This document shows positions 9,139-16,921 of a stretch of DNA of 19,187 nucleotides, one piece after another. The notes beneath the pieces were generated by a model that saw only the letters and a program-made list of their open reading frames with translations, made no database searches and was not told the DNA's origin. How positions within the stretch are numbered: the first letter of the stretch is position 1; each line of letters begins with the position of its first letter. Both the position numbers and the translations under genes were made by a program. This DNA is from Candidatus Asgardarchaeum abyssi. Lineage in GTDB: Archaea > Asgardarchaeota > Asgardarchaeia > Asgardarchaeales > Asgardarchaeaceae. The DNA lies in the NCBI GenBank assembly GCA_040225955.1, contig JBECUL010000042.1, positions 1-19,187 on the forward strand. The letters are read 5' to 3'.

Positions 9139-10281
9139 TTAAGGAGTTAGAAGATGAATTGGCATTCCAGAAAATGCCTCCCAGTGTTTATAATCTTTAA
9201 TCAAGATATTTAAAAGTTCTTTCTCATCTTTAAACAAAGAGATGTGAGATGGATTATTCTGAGCAAAGTACTCGATAAATGGACTTGGCCTTTTCGAAAA
9301 TGGATAATAGATATAAATAGGCTTACCCCATCTATATGCATACGCTATTTCACTCATAACACCCGCAGACACATTCGGTGAGTGATGATAAACAACAATT
9401 GCATGACTATTAAATACCATATTAAAATCACGCTTAACAATTTGTTTTCTTAGAATATTTGTTGCATTTTCTATATCATCCCTATTTAATACTATCTGAT
9501 TTTCGCCTTGTTTAGGATCATGGAAGTCTATTTTTATAACTTGGGCATTACTATTCTTTTCGATTTGGTTATCGTACTCATTTACAATTCGCCAATCATC
9601 AATAGTTCCAGGATCTAAAACTATAAAGTATCTACTTAGCGCTCGAGCAAAATTTCGGGTTCTTTTAAAGACATCCTTTTTTGATTCAAAGCCAGTCATA
9701 GGATAACTTAAGTATACTCGTTTCTTTCTTGAATCGTTAAAGAGAATATCAATGAATGTTTCTGAAGGATGATTTCTTGAGAATTGTAAAATATACTCCA
9801 AACTAAACGATTCAATATTTTTTGATAATTTTGTAATTATATTTTCGATGTATCTTATGGCTTCTTCTCGCCACTCTGCTAACTTAGTTATACGTACTTT
9901 GTTTTCATCTCTATCAAAACGAGGAAACCAGTCGGGATCATTAATTATCCTTTGACGAACATTTAAAACATTGTCAATTATTATTAATATCTTTTTAGGA
10001 TTTAGCATCTTTATTATGTCATCATCAAAACCTTCAACTTGTTCACCATTCCATCTAAAAAGAGATGGGGTGCTTACTATGTGGGTCTTTTTGTCACTCT
10101 GGATTATCTTCTTTACTATTAATTCAAATGCAGCTCGCTGAAACTCACTTATTAATTCTTTATTTCGGATGGCAAATTCTAGCACTGTTTTTCTATCTAT
10201 AATATATCCTCTCTTTGAAGCCACCTTTTGAAAATTCATGGAGGACTGAGGCGGATCTTGGTGTCTAGGGAGCGTACTCAT
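9139..10281 (-). CDS. Adenylate/NMP kinase-like domain (P-loop missing) fused to a nucleoside 2-deoxyribosyltransferase-like domain; 5'-truncated chimera
   Basis: The N-half HIVSTPSLFRW...GFDDDIIKMLNPKKILIIID...RQRI resembles archaeal AdkA-like kinases. The C-half RVYLSYPMT...LDPG...RDFNMVFNSHAIVV...SAGVMSEIAYAYRWGKPIY matches NDT/RCL motifs. No Walker A is present. Confidence 0.75.
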   Translation of the reverse strand: MSTLPRHQDPPQSSMNFQKVASKRGYIIDRKTVLEFAIRNKELISEFQRAAFELIVKKIIQSDKKTHIVSTPSLFRWNGEQVEGFDDDIIKMLNPKKILIIIDNVLNVRQRIINDPDWFPRFDRDENKVRITKLAEWREEAIRYIENIITKLSKNIESFSLEYILQFSRNHPSETFIDILFNDSRKKRVYLSYPMTGFESKKDVFKRTRNFARALSRYFIVLDPGTIDDWRIVNEYDNQIEKNSNAQVIKIDFHDPKQGENQIVLNRDDIENATNILRKQIVKRDFNMVFNSHAIVVYHHSPNVSAGVMSEIAYAYRWGKPIYIYYPFSKRPSPFIEYFAQNNPSHISLFKDEKELLNILIKDYKHWEAFSGMPIHLLTP

Positions 10282-10305
10282 TTCGAAAATAGTGCGGAAG
10301 TACTG
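10240..10305 (-). mobile_element. ISH3-family left end with the first codons of a probable transposase
   Basis: Minus strand CAGTACTTCCGCA-CTATTTTCGAA-ATG followed by MSTLPRHQDPPQSS. The terminal 13-mer is identical to 65-77. Confidence 0.6.
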
Positions 10306-10691
10306 TTAGAGACATCAGATATATATACAGGGAATGTCATTGTACATAATATCATTGAGACTGATAATGGATGTGTGAAACATATGATTGAGCTGAAGGG
10401 ATGAGAATTTCGTAATGAGATCACAATTCGTTATAGACGGACTTTTGTGAGATATCACAGCTGATTTTTGATGTATTCACAAATTAGTTAAGCATTTAAC
10501 ATCCTTCAGTTGTGTAGAGTTAGAGTCTATTCTTTATGATGTTGATTTTCATAAAGCTCTGTATAGTACGTCACGTGCCTTCAAGAACACACTAAAAGAA
10601 TAAAACGCTGTTATGAAAAGATGCAAGATGTTTCCAGTTAAGCCTAATTAGAAAAATTACATAACTATCATCAAAATAAAGTAATAAGGTA

Positions 10692-10754
10692 TCAACCCCC
10701 TCGGGGCATCCGAGGGGGTTGAATGCCCTACATGGGCAACACACCTACACGGTG
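10692..10754. ncRNA. Candidate structured RNA/DNA element: three consecutive hairpins
   Basis: TCAACCCCCTCGG-GGCAT-CCGAGGGGGTTGA (13-bp perfect stem), TGCCC-TACAT-GGGCA and CACC-TACAC-GGTG form a GC island inside very AT-rich DNA. Confidence 0.45.
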
Positions 10755-11744
10755 ACCTGCGCATTTTTATTTATAATTCTTGAAATATAAAAAATTAACT
10801 CTATCTATTGATTTTTTTGAACTTTTTAAATCTCGATATATACTTCCTTTTTCAAAAATAAAAATTTTTTGAATTTTAGCAATTTAATTGTCAAAATTTA
10901 ATTAAAATAATGAAAAATATTAATAATGAATACTCCGCATTATAAACAATTTTGATATCAAAGGAGAATAGTTAAAGAGCAAATATTCTATCCTCTATCT
11001 CGAACTCTTAATTACATTATTCTGTATTATAGATAGATAGTTTGATTAGATAGAACCAAAATAAAACTAACAATTGTGATAGTGTATAAGTACTTATAAG
11101 AATAGTCACAGAATTATAAATGAAAATGGCGCCACAAATTGATAGGTTGCGGTGAACGTTTTATCTACAAATTTTGAATTACACTGTATCAGAAGCTAAG
11201 TAGTTTAATCCCATTCTTAATAATTCATCGTGCAGTATCCTAAAATAGAACTTATTAGTGCTAAAGACGCAATAAAGATGCAATTTAAACTTTTATCTAT
11301 CATAATGGTTTGTGCATGGAAAATAAGGTGAATCTAATTGAATATGAACTAATGGTTTACCTAAAAATTAAAGAGTTAGTAAATAATTAATTGGGTTGAT
11401 CGTTAAGAAAAAAGGCATTGGTAAAACTATTACGATTTTCTATTATAACAAAGAGAATTTATGATATAGTAATATACTGGCATGTTTTCAAAAGACTCTT
11501 TTAAATTAAAAGGATTAAGATAAAAGTAGATATCATCTAAAGCACAAAATTGAAAGATACTGGAGCTTACTAATTTCAATCCTATCAGCAATTCTCTTTA
11601 CAACACTTAGGCTCGCTATAGGCATCTTACTATAACAGTCTCAACTTCTTATGATAAAAAGAAAATAGTGACTATTTTAAAAGCAAAAGCCCTCTGATAC
11701 CCATTACGAACCTTGACCCATGCTGATTTTAAGAAAAAAGTTTC

Positions 11745-11928
11745 CCCAGAGGGTTTAAGCCCGATTGGGCTTTGGGCTCTGGGTACCCATTAACATACCC
11801 TCTGCTAGAGGGTGCTTATTTTATGAGAGGAAGAAATATTAGAAATATGCTTCTGGGATGATTTATACCCTATCGGGTACTGGGTGTGGCGGCACCCGTT
11901 AGATCTCACTCCCTATGGGGAGAGAGAT
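11745..11928. other. Cluster of five GC-rich hairpins
   Basis: CCCAGAG..AAGCCC-GATT-GGGCTT..CTCTGGG (11745-11783); ACCCTCT-GCT-AGAGGGT (11797-11813); TACCC-TATC-GGGTA (11866-11879); GGGTG-N6-CACCC (11882-11897); ATCTCaCTCCC-TATG-GGGAGaGAGAT (11903-11928). Confidence 0.6.
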
Positions 11929-12657
11929 TACTTTTTGAGAGAAGAGTTAACATCTTATTGTTTAAAGGGAAATGGGGGCGTATTTTGGAGAGAGAATTGT
12001 GTAAATTTTAAAACATATGATTTAGGGTTTACTGATAGTTTAAGGAGTTGGCTCATTGGTAGTGTTGATGGTATTTTGTTTTGTGAATTAATTTATTTTG
12101 AAAGCTATGGTGATTTGATTTTAATTGTTAATGGAAACTGGTTATTTAGTGGTTTATTTGAACTTGGAGTCCTACTAAAGGACAGAACCGTTTTTTCACT
12201 TTTTAGCCGGATGCATTGGTCTTTTGGTTATGAAATGGCATTTTCCTTCGTGTTTTGGAATCTGATTGCATCGATATTTTTGAGGAATAGCTATCTTCTT
12301 GATTTGAAGAGAGCTTTAGGAGACCGTTTAGCTTATCTTGGTAGTACAAGGTTGTCAATTCTTTTCGGGCATAGGGATCTTTTTGATCTTTCGAGAGAGG
12401 TTAGAGAGATTTTAGCTGGTCTTGATTGTGAATGGGCGGCAATTTTTCTGGGGTATAGGGATTTTTTCGATTTGGGGATTGGGGTTAGAATTGATTTAGG
12501 CTGGTTTGCGGGGGACTTTTCAAATTTTGGATTTGGGGGCGGGATTTATTTTATTTTGTGGAGGGCGATTAGAATTGATTTAGAGTTTGTTGTCGGATTA
12601 AGGTTTGCGAGCACGGTTTTTCTGTTTTCAAAAGGGTACCTTTTGAAAGGGGGTTGA
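11884..12657 (+). CDS. Hypothetical protein (F/G/L/D-rich); start uncertain
   Basis: 257-codon ORF with the G/T-rich codon bias of this block. Its stop overlaps the next start (TTGATG). Internal near-repeat HRDLFDL/YRDFFDL. The GTG start lies inside a hairpin. Confidence 0.5.
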   Translation: MWRHPLDLTPYGERDYFLREELTSYCLKGNGGVFWRENCVNFKTYDLGFTDSLRSWLIGSVDGILFCELIYFESYGDLILIVNGNWLFSGLFELGVLLKDRTVFSLFSRMHWSFGYEMAFSFVFWNLIASIFLRNSYLLDLKRALGDRLAYLGSTRLSILFGHRDLFDLSREVREILAGLDCEWAAIFLGYRDFFDLGIGVRIDLGWFAGDFSNFGFGGGIYFILWRAIRIDLEFVVGLRFASTVFLFSKGYLLKGG

Positions 12658-13265
12658 TGGATTTTGAGGGGGCTGAGGAATTATCTTCTTGGGTTCTTCC
12701 GTTTGGAGATTTGGATGTTTCTGTATTGAGTGGTGATTTACCGAGGGAGAACTGGATATTTGGTCTTGATTTTATGTTTTTGCTCATCGATGAGCGTATG
12801 AGCCACATTGTCGGGGTTGATAGTTCTTGGGGAAAAGAAAATAGCCTATATGCCAGAGGGCTCGGGTTTTCATATATTTGGGTATCACCTCCAGAAATAA
12901 GAAGTTGTGACGGATATAAAAATTACGAGGAAGTTTATTTCCCTAGGAGGGTTGGAAACTCCCTTTGCGGCGACTTCTATTATTGTGGGAGTTGGGTTCT
13001 TTCGGTGCCTTGCAAGCTTTTTGTTTTGCGGATGGGACCTAGATTTTTTCCAGCTAGCTTTAAGATGAGAGTTCGGGAATTGGAGTTTGAGAGCCGGATT
13101 TATTTCACCTTGCGGAGAGCATATAGTTTTGTTTTTGCGGAGGTAATGTTTGTGGTCCTGTGGCTTTTTGTTTTCAAGGTGATATCATTTTCTGCAATGC
13201 CCATTTCATGGTTCTCATATTTTATGGTTCTCCACCCTCGCAATACTTTAAAAATGATAGGTTAG
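12654..13265 (+). CDS. Hypothetical protein with a hydrophobic C-terminal segment (start TTG 12654 or ATG 12657)
   Basis: 203-codon ORF with SD-like AAAGGGGG, coupled to the upstream ORF and ending at the SD of the next gene. Confidence 0.55.
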   Translation: MMDFEGAEELSSWVLPFGDLDVSVLSGDLPRENWIFGLDFMFLLIDERMSHIVGVDSSWGKENSLYARGLGFSYIWVSPPEIRSCDGYKNYEEVYFPRRVGNSLCGDFYYCGSWVLSVPCKLFVLRMGPRFFPASFKMRVRELEFESRIYFTLRRAYSFVFAEVMFVVLWLFVFKVISFSAMPISWFSYFMVLHPRNTLKMIG

Positions 13266-13277
13266 GAGGTGATTGGA

Positions 13278-13784
13278 ATGATATCGGATAATAATAGGAG
13301 GTATTCTGGACTCGTCGGATTGGGGGTGTGGCTGCAGAACACACATAGGAAAAGGAGAAGGACGGAACAGGAGATTGAAGTGAGGGAAATGTTAGAGGAG
13401 CTGGGAGTGGAGTTTGAGGAGCAATATGCAATTTCATTGGGTTACAATGATGGACGGCCCGGCGTTAGGAGGGAAATGGGGGTTAACTGGGCGGTTGTTG
13501 ATTTCTTCATAAGGGGAAAGAAGAGGGATATAGTTCTCGAATGCGGCCGCTATAAGATGGGCAAGAGCAGAAACCACTTGATGGAGAGGATAAGGATAAA
13601 GTCAAGGGAACTAAATTTAAGATTTTTCGAGATGAAATCAAGGTATGACTTGGTATGTGTGGCGTTCATAGAGGCACCAGTTCCTGATCTTAAGGAGTAC
13701 ATTGAGCCGAGGGTACCATACGCGGATTTCGTAGTTGATAATTTTGAGGATTTGAGGAGATTGATAGCAAGACTTGTTGAATGA
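13278..13784 (+). CDS. Vsr/DUF559-like protein, copy 2
   Basis: Same motifs as 4443-4943. SD GGAGGTGA favours ATG 13278 over GTG 13269. Confidence 0.7.
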   Translation: MISDNNRRYSGLVGLGVWLQNTHRKRRRTEQEIEVREMLEELGVEFEEQYAISLGYNDGRPGVRREMGVNWAVVDFFIRGKKRDIVLECGRYKMGKSRNHLMERIRIKSRELNLRFFEMKSRYDLVCVAFIEAPVPDLKEYIEPRVPYADFVVDNFEDLRRLIARLVE

Positions 13785-13798
13785 TGAGCTGAAGAGAA

Positions 13799-14242
13799 AT
13801 GGTTGTGAGTAAGGGTTTTTCACAAGAGCTGCTCGATAGGATTTCGGAGCAAACATCGCTAACAATACGGATAGGAAACTTGATTGGTGAACTGATGAGG
13901 TTAATTGCGGAAAAGAAAGATTTTCTAGATTTCCTGAAATCAAAGCTTGGTGATGGTAGAGGCTCGATATTTCTGAAGATGGTAAGGAACAGAAGAGGAG
14001 GCAATGTCTACTACTATTACTATTGGAGATTTTCGGAGAACGGGAAAAGATACGATGCATATTTAGGAAGACACGGATATGATAGTAAAATTTTGAATTA
14101 TTTTTCAAAGAGGGTAAACAACCTGAGCAGAAAATTGGATGAGATCGTAAGTACTATGTATCATCTCATGGGGATTTTAAGAGAGTTGGATGACTTATCA
14201 AAAGAACTGCAAGAGCATATGAATGAGAAGGAGGAGTATTAA
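13799..14242 (+). CDS. Coiled-coil / beta-sheet DNA-binding-like protein, copy 2
   Basis: GSIFLKMVRNRRGGNVYYYYYWRFSENGKRYDAYLGR. Roughly 40% identical by eye to 4955-5422. Confidence 0.6.
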   Translation: MVVSKGFSQELLDRISEQTSLTIRIGNLIGELMRLIAEKKDFLDFLKSKLGDGRGSIFLKMVRNRRGGNVYYYYYWRFSENGKRYDAYLGRHGYDSKILNYFSKRVNNLSRKLDEIVSTMYHLMGILRELDDLSKELQEHMNEKEEY

Positions 14243-14247
14243 GGTGG

Positions 14248-14277
14248 TTAGGTGCAGTGAGAAATAAGTGCACCTAA
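14248..14277. terminator. Inverted repeat between convergent genes (terminator or protein-binding site)
   Basis: TTAGGTGCA-N12-TGCACCTAA, 5 nt after the stop at 14242. Confidence 0.4.
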
Positions 14278-14339
14278 TCATGTTTTATCGTACCACCACG
14301 GATTATATGGTTCCAATAGTCTCATAGCATCATTAATTC

Positions 14340-14624
14340 TCATTGTCGTCCCTCACTCAGTTCACGTACTGCTTTCCATAAGAGAGCTACCTCCTTTCCA
14401 ATACGCCCAAGCTCCCTATTTGTTCTCTCTATCATCTTCTCGAGGCGATTTATTCTTCTGGTAATATTAGCCATATCTGTAGCCTTGCCCTCTTCAACTA
14501 ACTGCTTGAGCAACATATTTTTTATATAGAGGTTTGGACTCTTAAATCCCTCTTTTTCAGCCAATTGCTTTATTTTTTCGAATAGCTTCTCATCGATTCT
14601 GAACTGAATTACTCTGGAGACCAT
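14340..14624 (-). CDS. Ribbon-helix-helix (CopG/Arc/MetJ-like) protein with C-terminal coiled coil
   Basis: RVIQFRIDEKLFEKIKQLAEKEGFKSPNLYIKNML fits the beta-strand + two helices pattern, followed by heptad-like ITRRINRLEKMIERTNREL. Confidence 0.8.
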   Translation of the reverse strand: MVSRVIQFRIDEKLFEKIKQLAEKEGFKSPNLYIKNMLLKQLVEEGKATDMANITRRINRLEKMIERTNRELGRIGKEVALLWKAVRELSEGRQ

Positions 14625-14634
14625 GTCATATCAC

Positions 14635-14706
14635 TGTATACAATCTGTATACAGAATGTATATATCTCTTTCTATTAGTATACAATTTGTATACTAATTG
14701 TATACA
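14635..14706. promoter_or_regulatory. Phased palindromic GTATAC array over the RHH gene promoter
   Basis: GTATAC at 14636, 14647, 14658 (GTATAT), 14678, 14689 and 14700: two triplets with 11-bp spacing. Minus-strand AAAGAG-ATATATAC BRE/TATA-like motif at about 14658-14671. Confidence 0.75.
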
Positions 14707-14839
14707 TTTTTAGCCATAACCAGATGTTCAAAATATTTGCTTAATGCACTTAAACATGATTTCTGTTTAGAGGCCAAAGAGGAAAAAACTTTATTATATA
14801 TTTGCCTACTAACTCTATTCAGAGAATCAAAACTGCCAT

Positions 14840-15169
14840 GTGATGCAAATGCTCTTAGTTTATAAAGATGAAATTATCAAGCAAATTGTTCAAGACTACG
14901 TGAATACGGATGAAAATCTCTTAGCGGTTATTCTTTACGGGTCTGTAGCGAGGGGGGATTTTAAACCGGATAGCGATATAGATTTGTTACTCATAACCAA
15001 AAATGTAAAGAAAACAAGAAAATTATTCTCTGACTTCCGTGAAGAAGTTTTTACGAAAACAAATGTTATAATTTCCGCGGTTTACGTAACTCCCGAAATG
15101 TACAACGACCCAAAAAATCCATTAATGAGAAGAATAAAAGCAGAGGGGATGGTTCTTTGGAAAAAATAG
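14840..15169 (+). CDS. Minimal nucleotidyltransferase (MNT), antitoxin-like
   Basis: AVILYGSVARGDFKPDSDIDLLLI motif, ~109 aa, overlaps the HEPN gene. Confidence 0.92.
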   Translation: MMQMLLVYKDEIIKQIVQDYVNTDENLLAVILYGSVARGDFKPDSDIDLLLITKNVKKTRKLFSDFREEVFTKTNVIISAVYVTPEMYNDPKNPLMRRIKAEGMVLWKK

Positions 15170-15564
15170 AAGATATACGGGAATTAGTAAAGGTCTACTT
15201 GGAAAAGGCAGAAGAAAAACTTAGGAGCGCAAAAGTTTTGTTAAAAGAAAAATTTGTTGATGACGCAATTAGCAGAGCGTATTACTCCGCATTCCTTTCA
15301 GCAAAAGCTCTTTTACTGCTACTCGGGTCGGATGTTAAAACGCATTCTGGCTTAATTACAATGTTCAACCTGAAGGTTGTTAGAGGAGGACTTCTTCCTA
15401 GAGAGATTGGAAGGTATCTAAGTGAGTTATTTGAGGCTAGGCAAACCTCGGACTATTCCCCTATCTCTCTTTTTGACATAGAAGATGCAAAAGAGTATAT
15501 TAAAAAAGCGGAACTACTTTTGTCTGCAGTAAAAGAGATCATTTACAAAAGGATAGGAGTTTAA
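15157..15564 (+). CDS. HEPN-domain protein (COG1895 type), partner of the MNT
   Basis: AISRAYYSAF, KALLLL, KTHSG and LFEARQTSDY motifs. Confidence 0.9.
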   Translation: MEKIEDIRELVKVYLEKAEEKLRSAKVLLKEKFVDDAISRAYYSAFLSAKALLLLLGSDVKTHSGLITMFNLKVVRGGLLPREIGRYLSELFEARQTSDYSPISLFDIEDAKEYIKKAELLLSAVKEIIYKRIGV

Positions 15565-15631
15565 TGCTTACCTAATATTGCATTATTAGCAAAATTTTCA
15601 CAGAAATAAAAAGAAAAGAGAAAATGTGTTG

Positions 15632-16081
15632 TTAGGGCTTAGCTACTTTGAATTTCCAGTAGATTTCGAGACTAAGAACCCATGCAGCATATTGCATAAA
15701 CCCAAGTACGAGGGTTCCTATGATGAAATAGAAATAAAATAGCAATGATGGTTCCAAAAGATAGATATAGTTTCCCTTTACCAGGGATTCTGTCAGAAAT
15801 AGGCATATGTAAAATATGAAAGCTACCAATGTAGGTACAACCGGGGTTGCATACTTTCTATTAAGCGTTACCACCTTGTAAAAAATAATTGAGAGCACAG
15901 GAGGAACTATTAAAATCATGGCTACGTTCCACAATATTTCCCTTATATCATAACCCAGGATTGGAATGTTGTGCGACATGTAATATGGAAGTGCTACGAA
16001 GAGTGGGATCATGAAAAATACAGAGGCCACATAGCCAATTAATGTAATTTCCTTAAATGTTAGCTCCCCTTTAATAAACAT
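15632..16081 (-). CDS. Integral membrane protein, about 4 TM helices, unknown function
   Basis: Four long hydrophobic segments. SD-like GGGGGT just after the upstream stop. Confidence 0.75.
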   Translation of the reverse strand: MFIKGELTFKEITLIGYVASVFFMIPLFVALPYYMSHNIPILGYDIREILWNVAMILIVPPVLSIIFYKVVTLNRKYATPVVPTLVAFIFYICLFLTESLVKGNYIYLLEPSLLFYFYFIIGTLVLGFMQYAAWVLSLEIYWKFKVAKP

Positions 16082-16095
16082 GTGCTCATACCCCC

Positions 16096-16902
16096 TTATT
16101 TGACGATAATTTCATCTGTTTGTGCATTTAACACTTCCATAGGAATATATAAATACTCATATACTTTGTTTCCTGAATTATCATGCCCTATAAGCAATGC
16201 AGTTATTTTATGCCAGTCTAAAGTAACACCAAAGATAATACTAAAGCTTTCAGAATATGTTTCTTTGAACTCATTATACTCTTTTAAGGTTTCAAGGAAT
16301 TTAACTATTTTAGGAATTGTTGTTTCATTAAAAATATTTTTATAGGATATAATTTTTAAAGTATTATTAGTAATTAATGAGATAGGAGTTGATAATAACA
16401 TCATGCTACTAGTCGATACGTACCAGCTTTTGGAGGTTTGCCAGGTCTGTACAGGTATCCAAAAATATCCATATTCTATATACACAGTAAATTCAAGAGT
16501 TGTTGTAAATATACCGCTAGCAGCATATTTGACCTTCACGTAACATAGGTTATTTGACCCACTATCATCTATATAGCCCCAGAACCAATTAAATCTCCAA
16601 GCAACGCCATAAACATCTACTATGTATGGACTATCATAATAATCAACAATAAATACTGTTTTTGGAATTATCAGTGAAATCATATATCCGTCCATCCCAT
16701 TCATCTCAGACCAACTTACATAAGCTCTAATTGTATCTAACTCATTAACTGCAGGGGATGTATTTGTATGTGATATTGATAGTGATGCTGTTCTAGCTGC
16801 AATGACATTGGAACTTAAGAATGCTACGGATATTAGGATAGAAAACATTAAAGCAAGCATTAAAATTTTATATCTACATTTATACTTGTCCATGTTTTTC
16901 AC
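16096..16902 (-). CDS. Secreted beta-rich protein with signal peptide (start may be ATG 16893)
   Basis: KYKCRYK plus hydrophobic stretch ending VIA. Aromatic, beta-strand-like domain. SD GAGGTG precedes the second Met. Confidence 0.75.
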   Translation of the reverse strand: MKNMDKYKCRYKILMLALMFSILISVAFLSSNVIAARTASLSISHTNTSPAVNELDTIRAYVSWSEMNGMDGYMISLIIPKTVFIVDYYDSPYIVDVYGVAWRFNWFWGYIDDSGSNNLCYVKVKYAASGIFTTTLEFTVYIEYGYFWIPVQTWQTSKSWYVSTSSMMLLSTPISLITNNTLKIISYKNIFNETTIPKIVKFLETLKEYNEFKETYSESFSIIFGVTLDWHKITALLIGHDNSGNKVYEYLYIPMEVLNAQTDEIIVK

Positions 16903-16921
16903 CTCTATTATCGTTCATTAT

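Noticed and set aside
10928-10942. GAATACTCCGCATTA as a third ISH3 terminal repeat
   Set aside because: Needs two mismatches and a gap at the conserved tip, and no transposase sequence is adjacent.
12569-14108. Minus-strand ORFs 12569-12808, 13222-13437, 13638-14108, 13690-14004
   Set aside because: Antisense shadows of the coupled + strand operon.
14635-14706. CRISPR array
   Set aside because: 6-8 bp units with 11-bp period; no spacers or cas genes.
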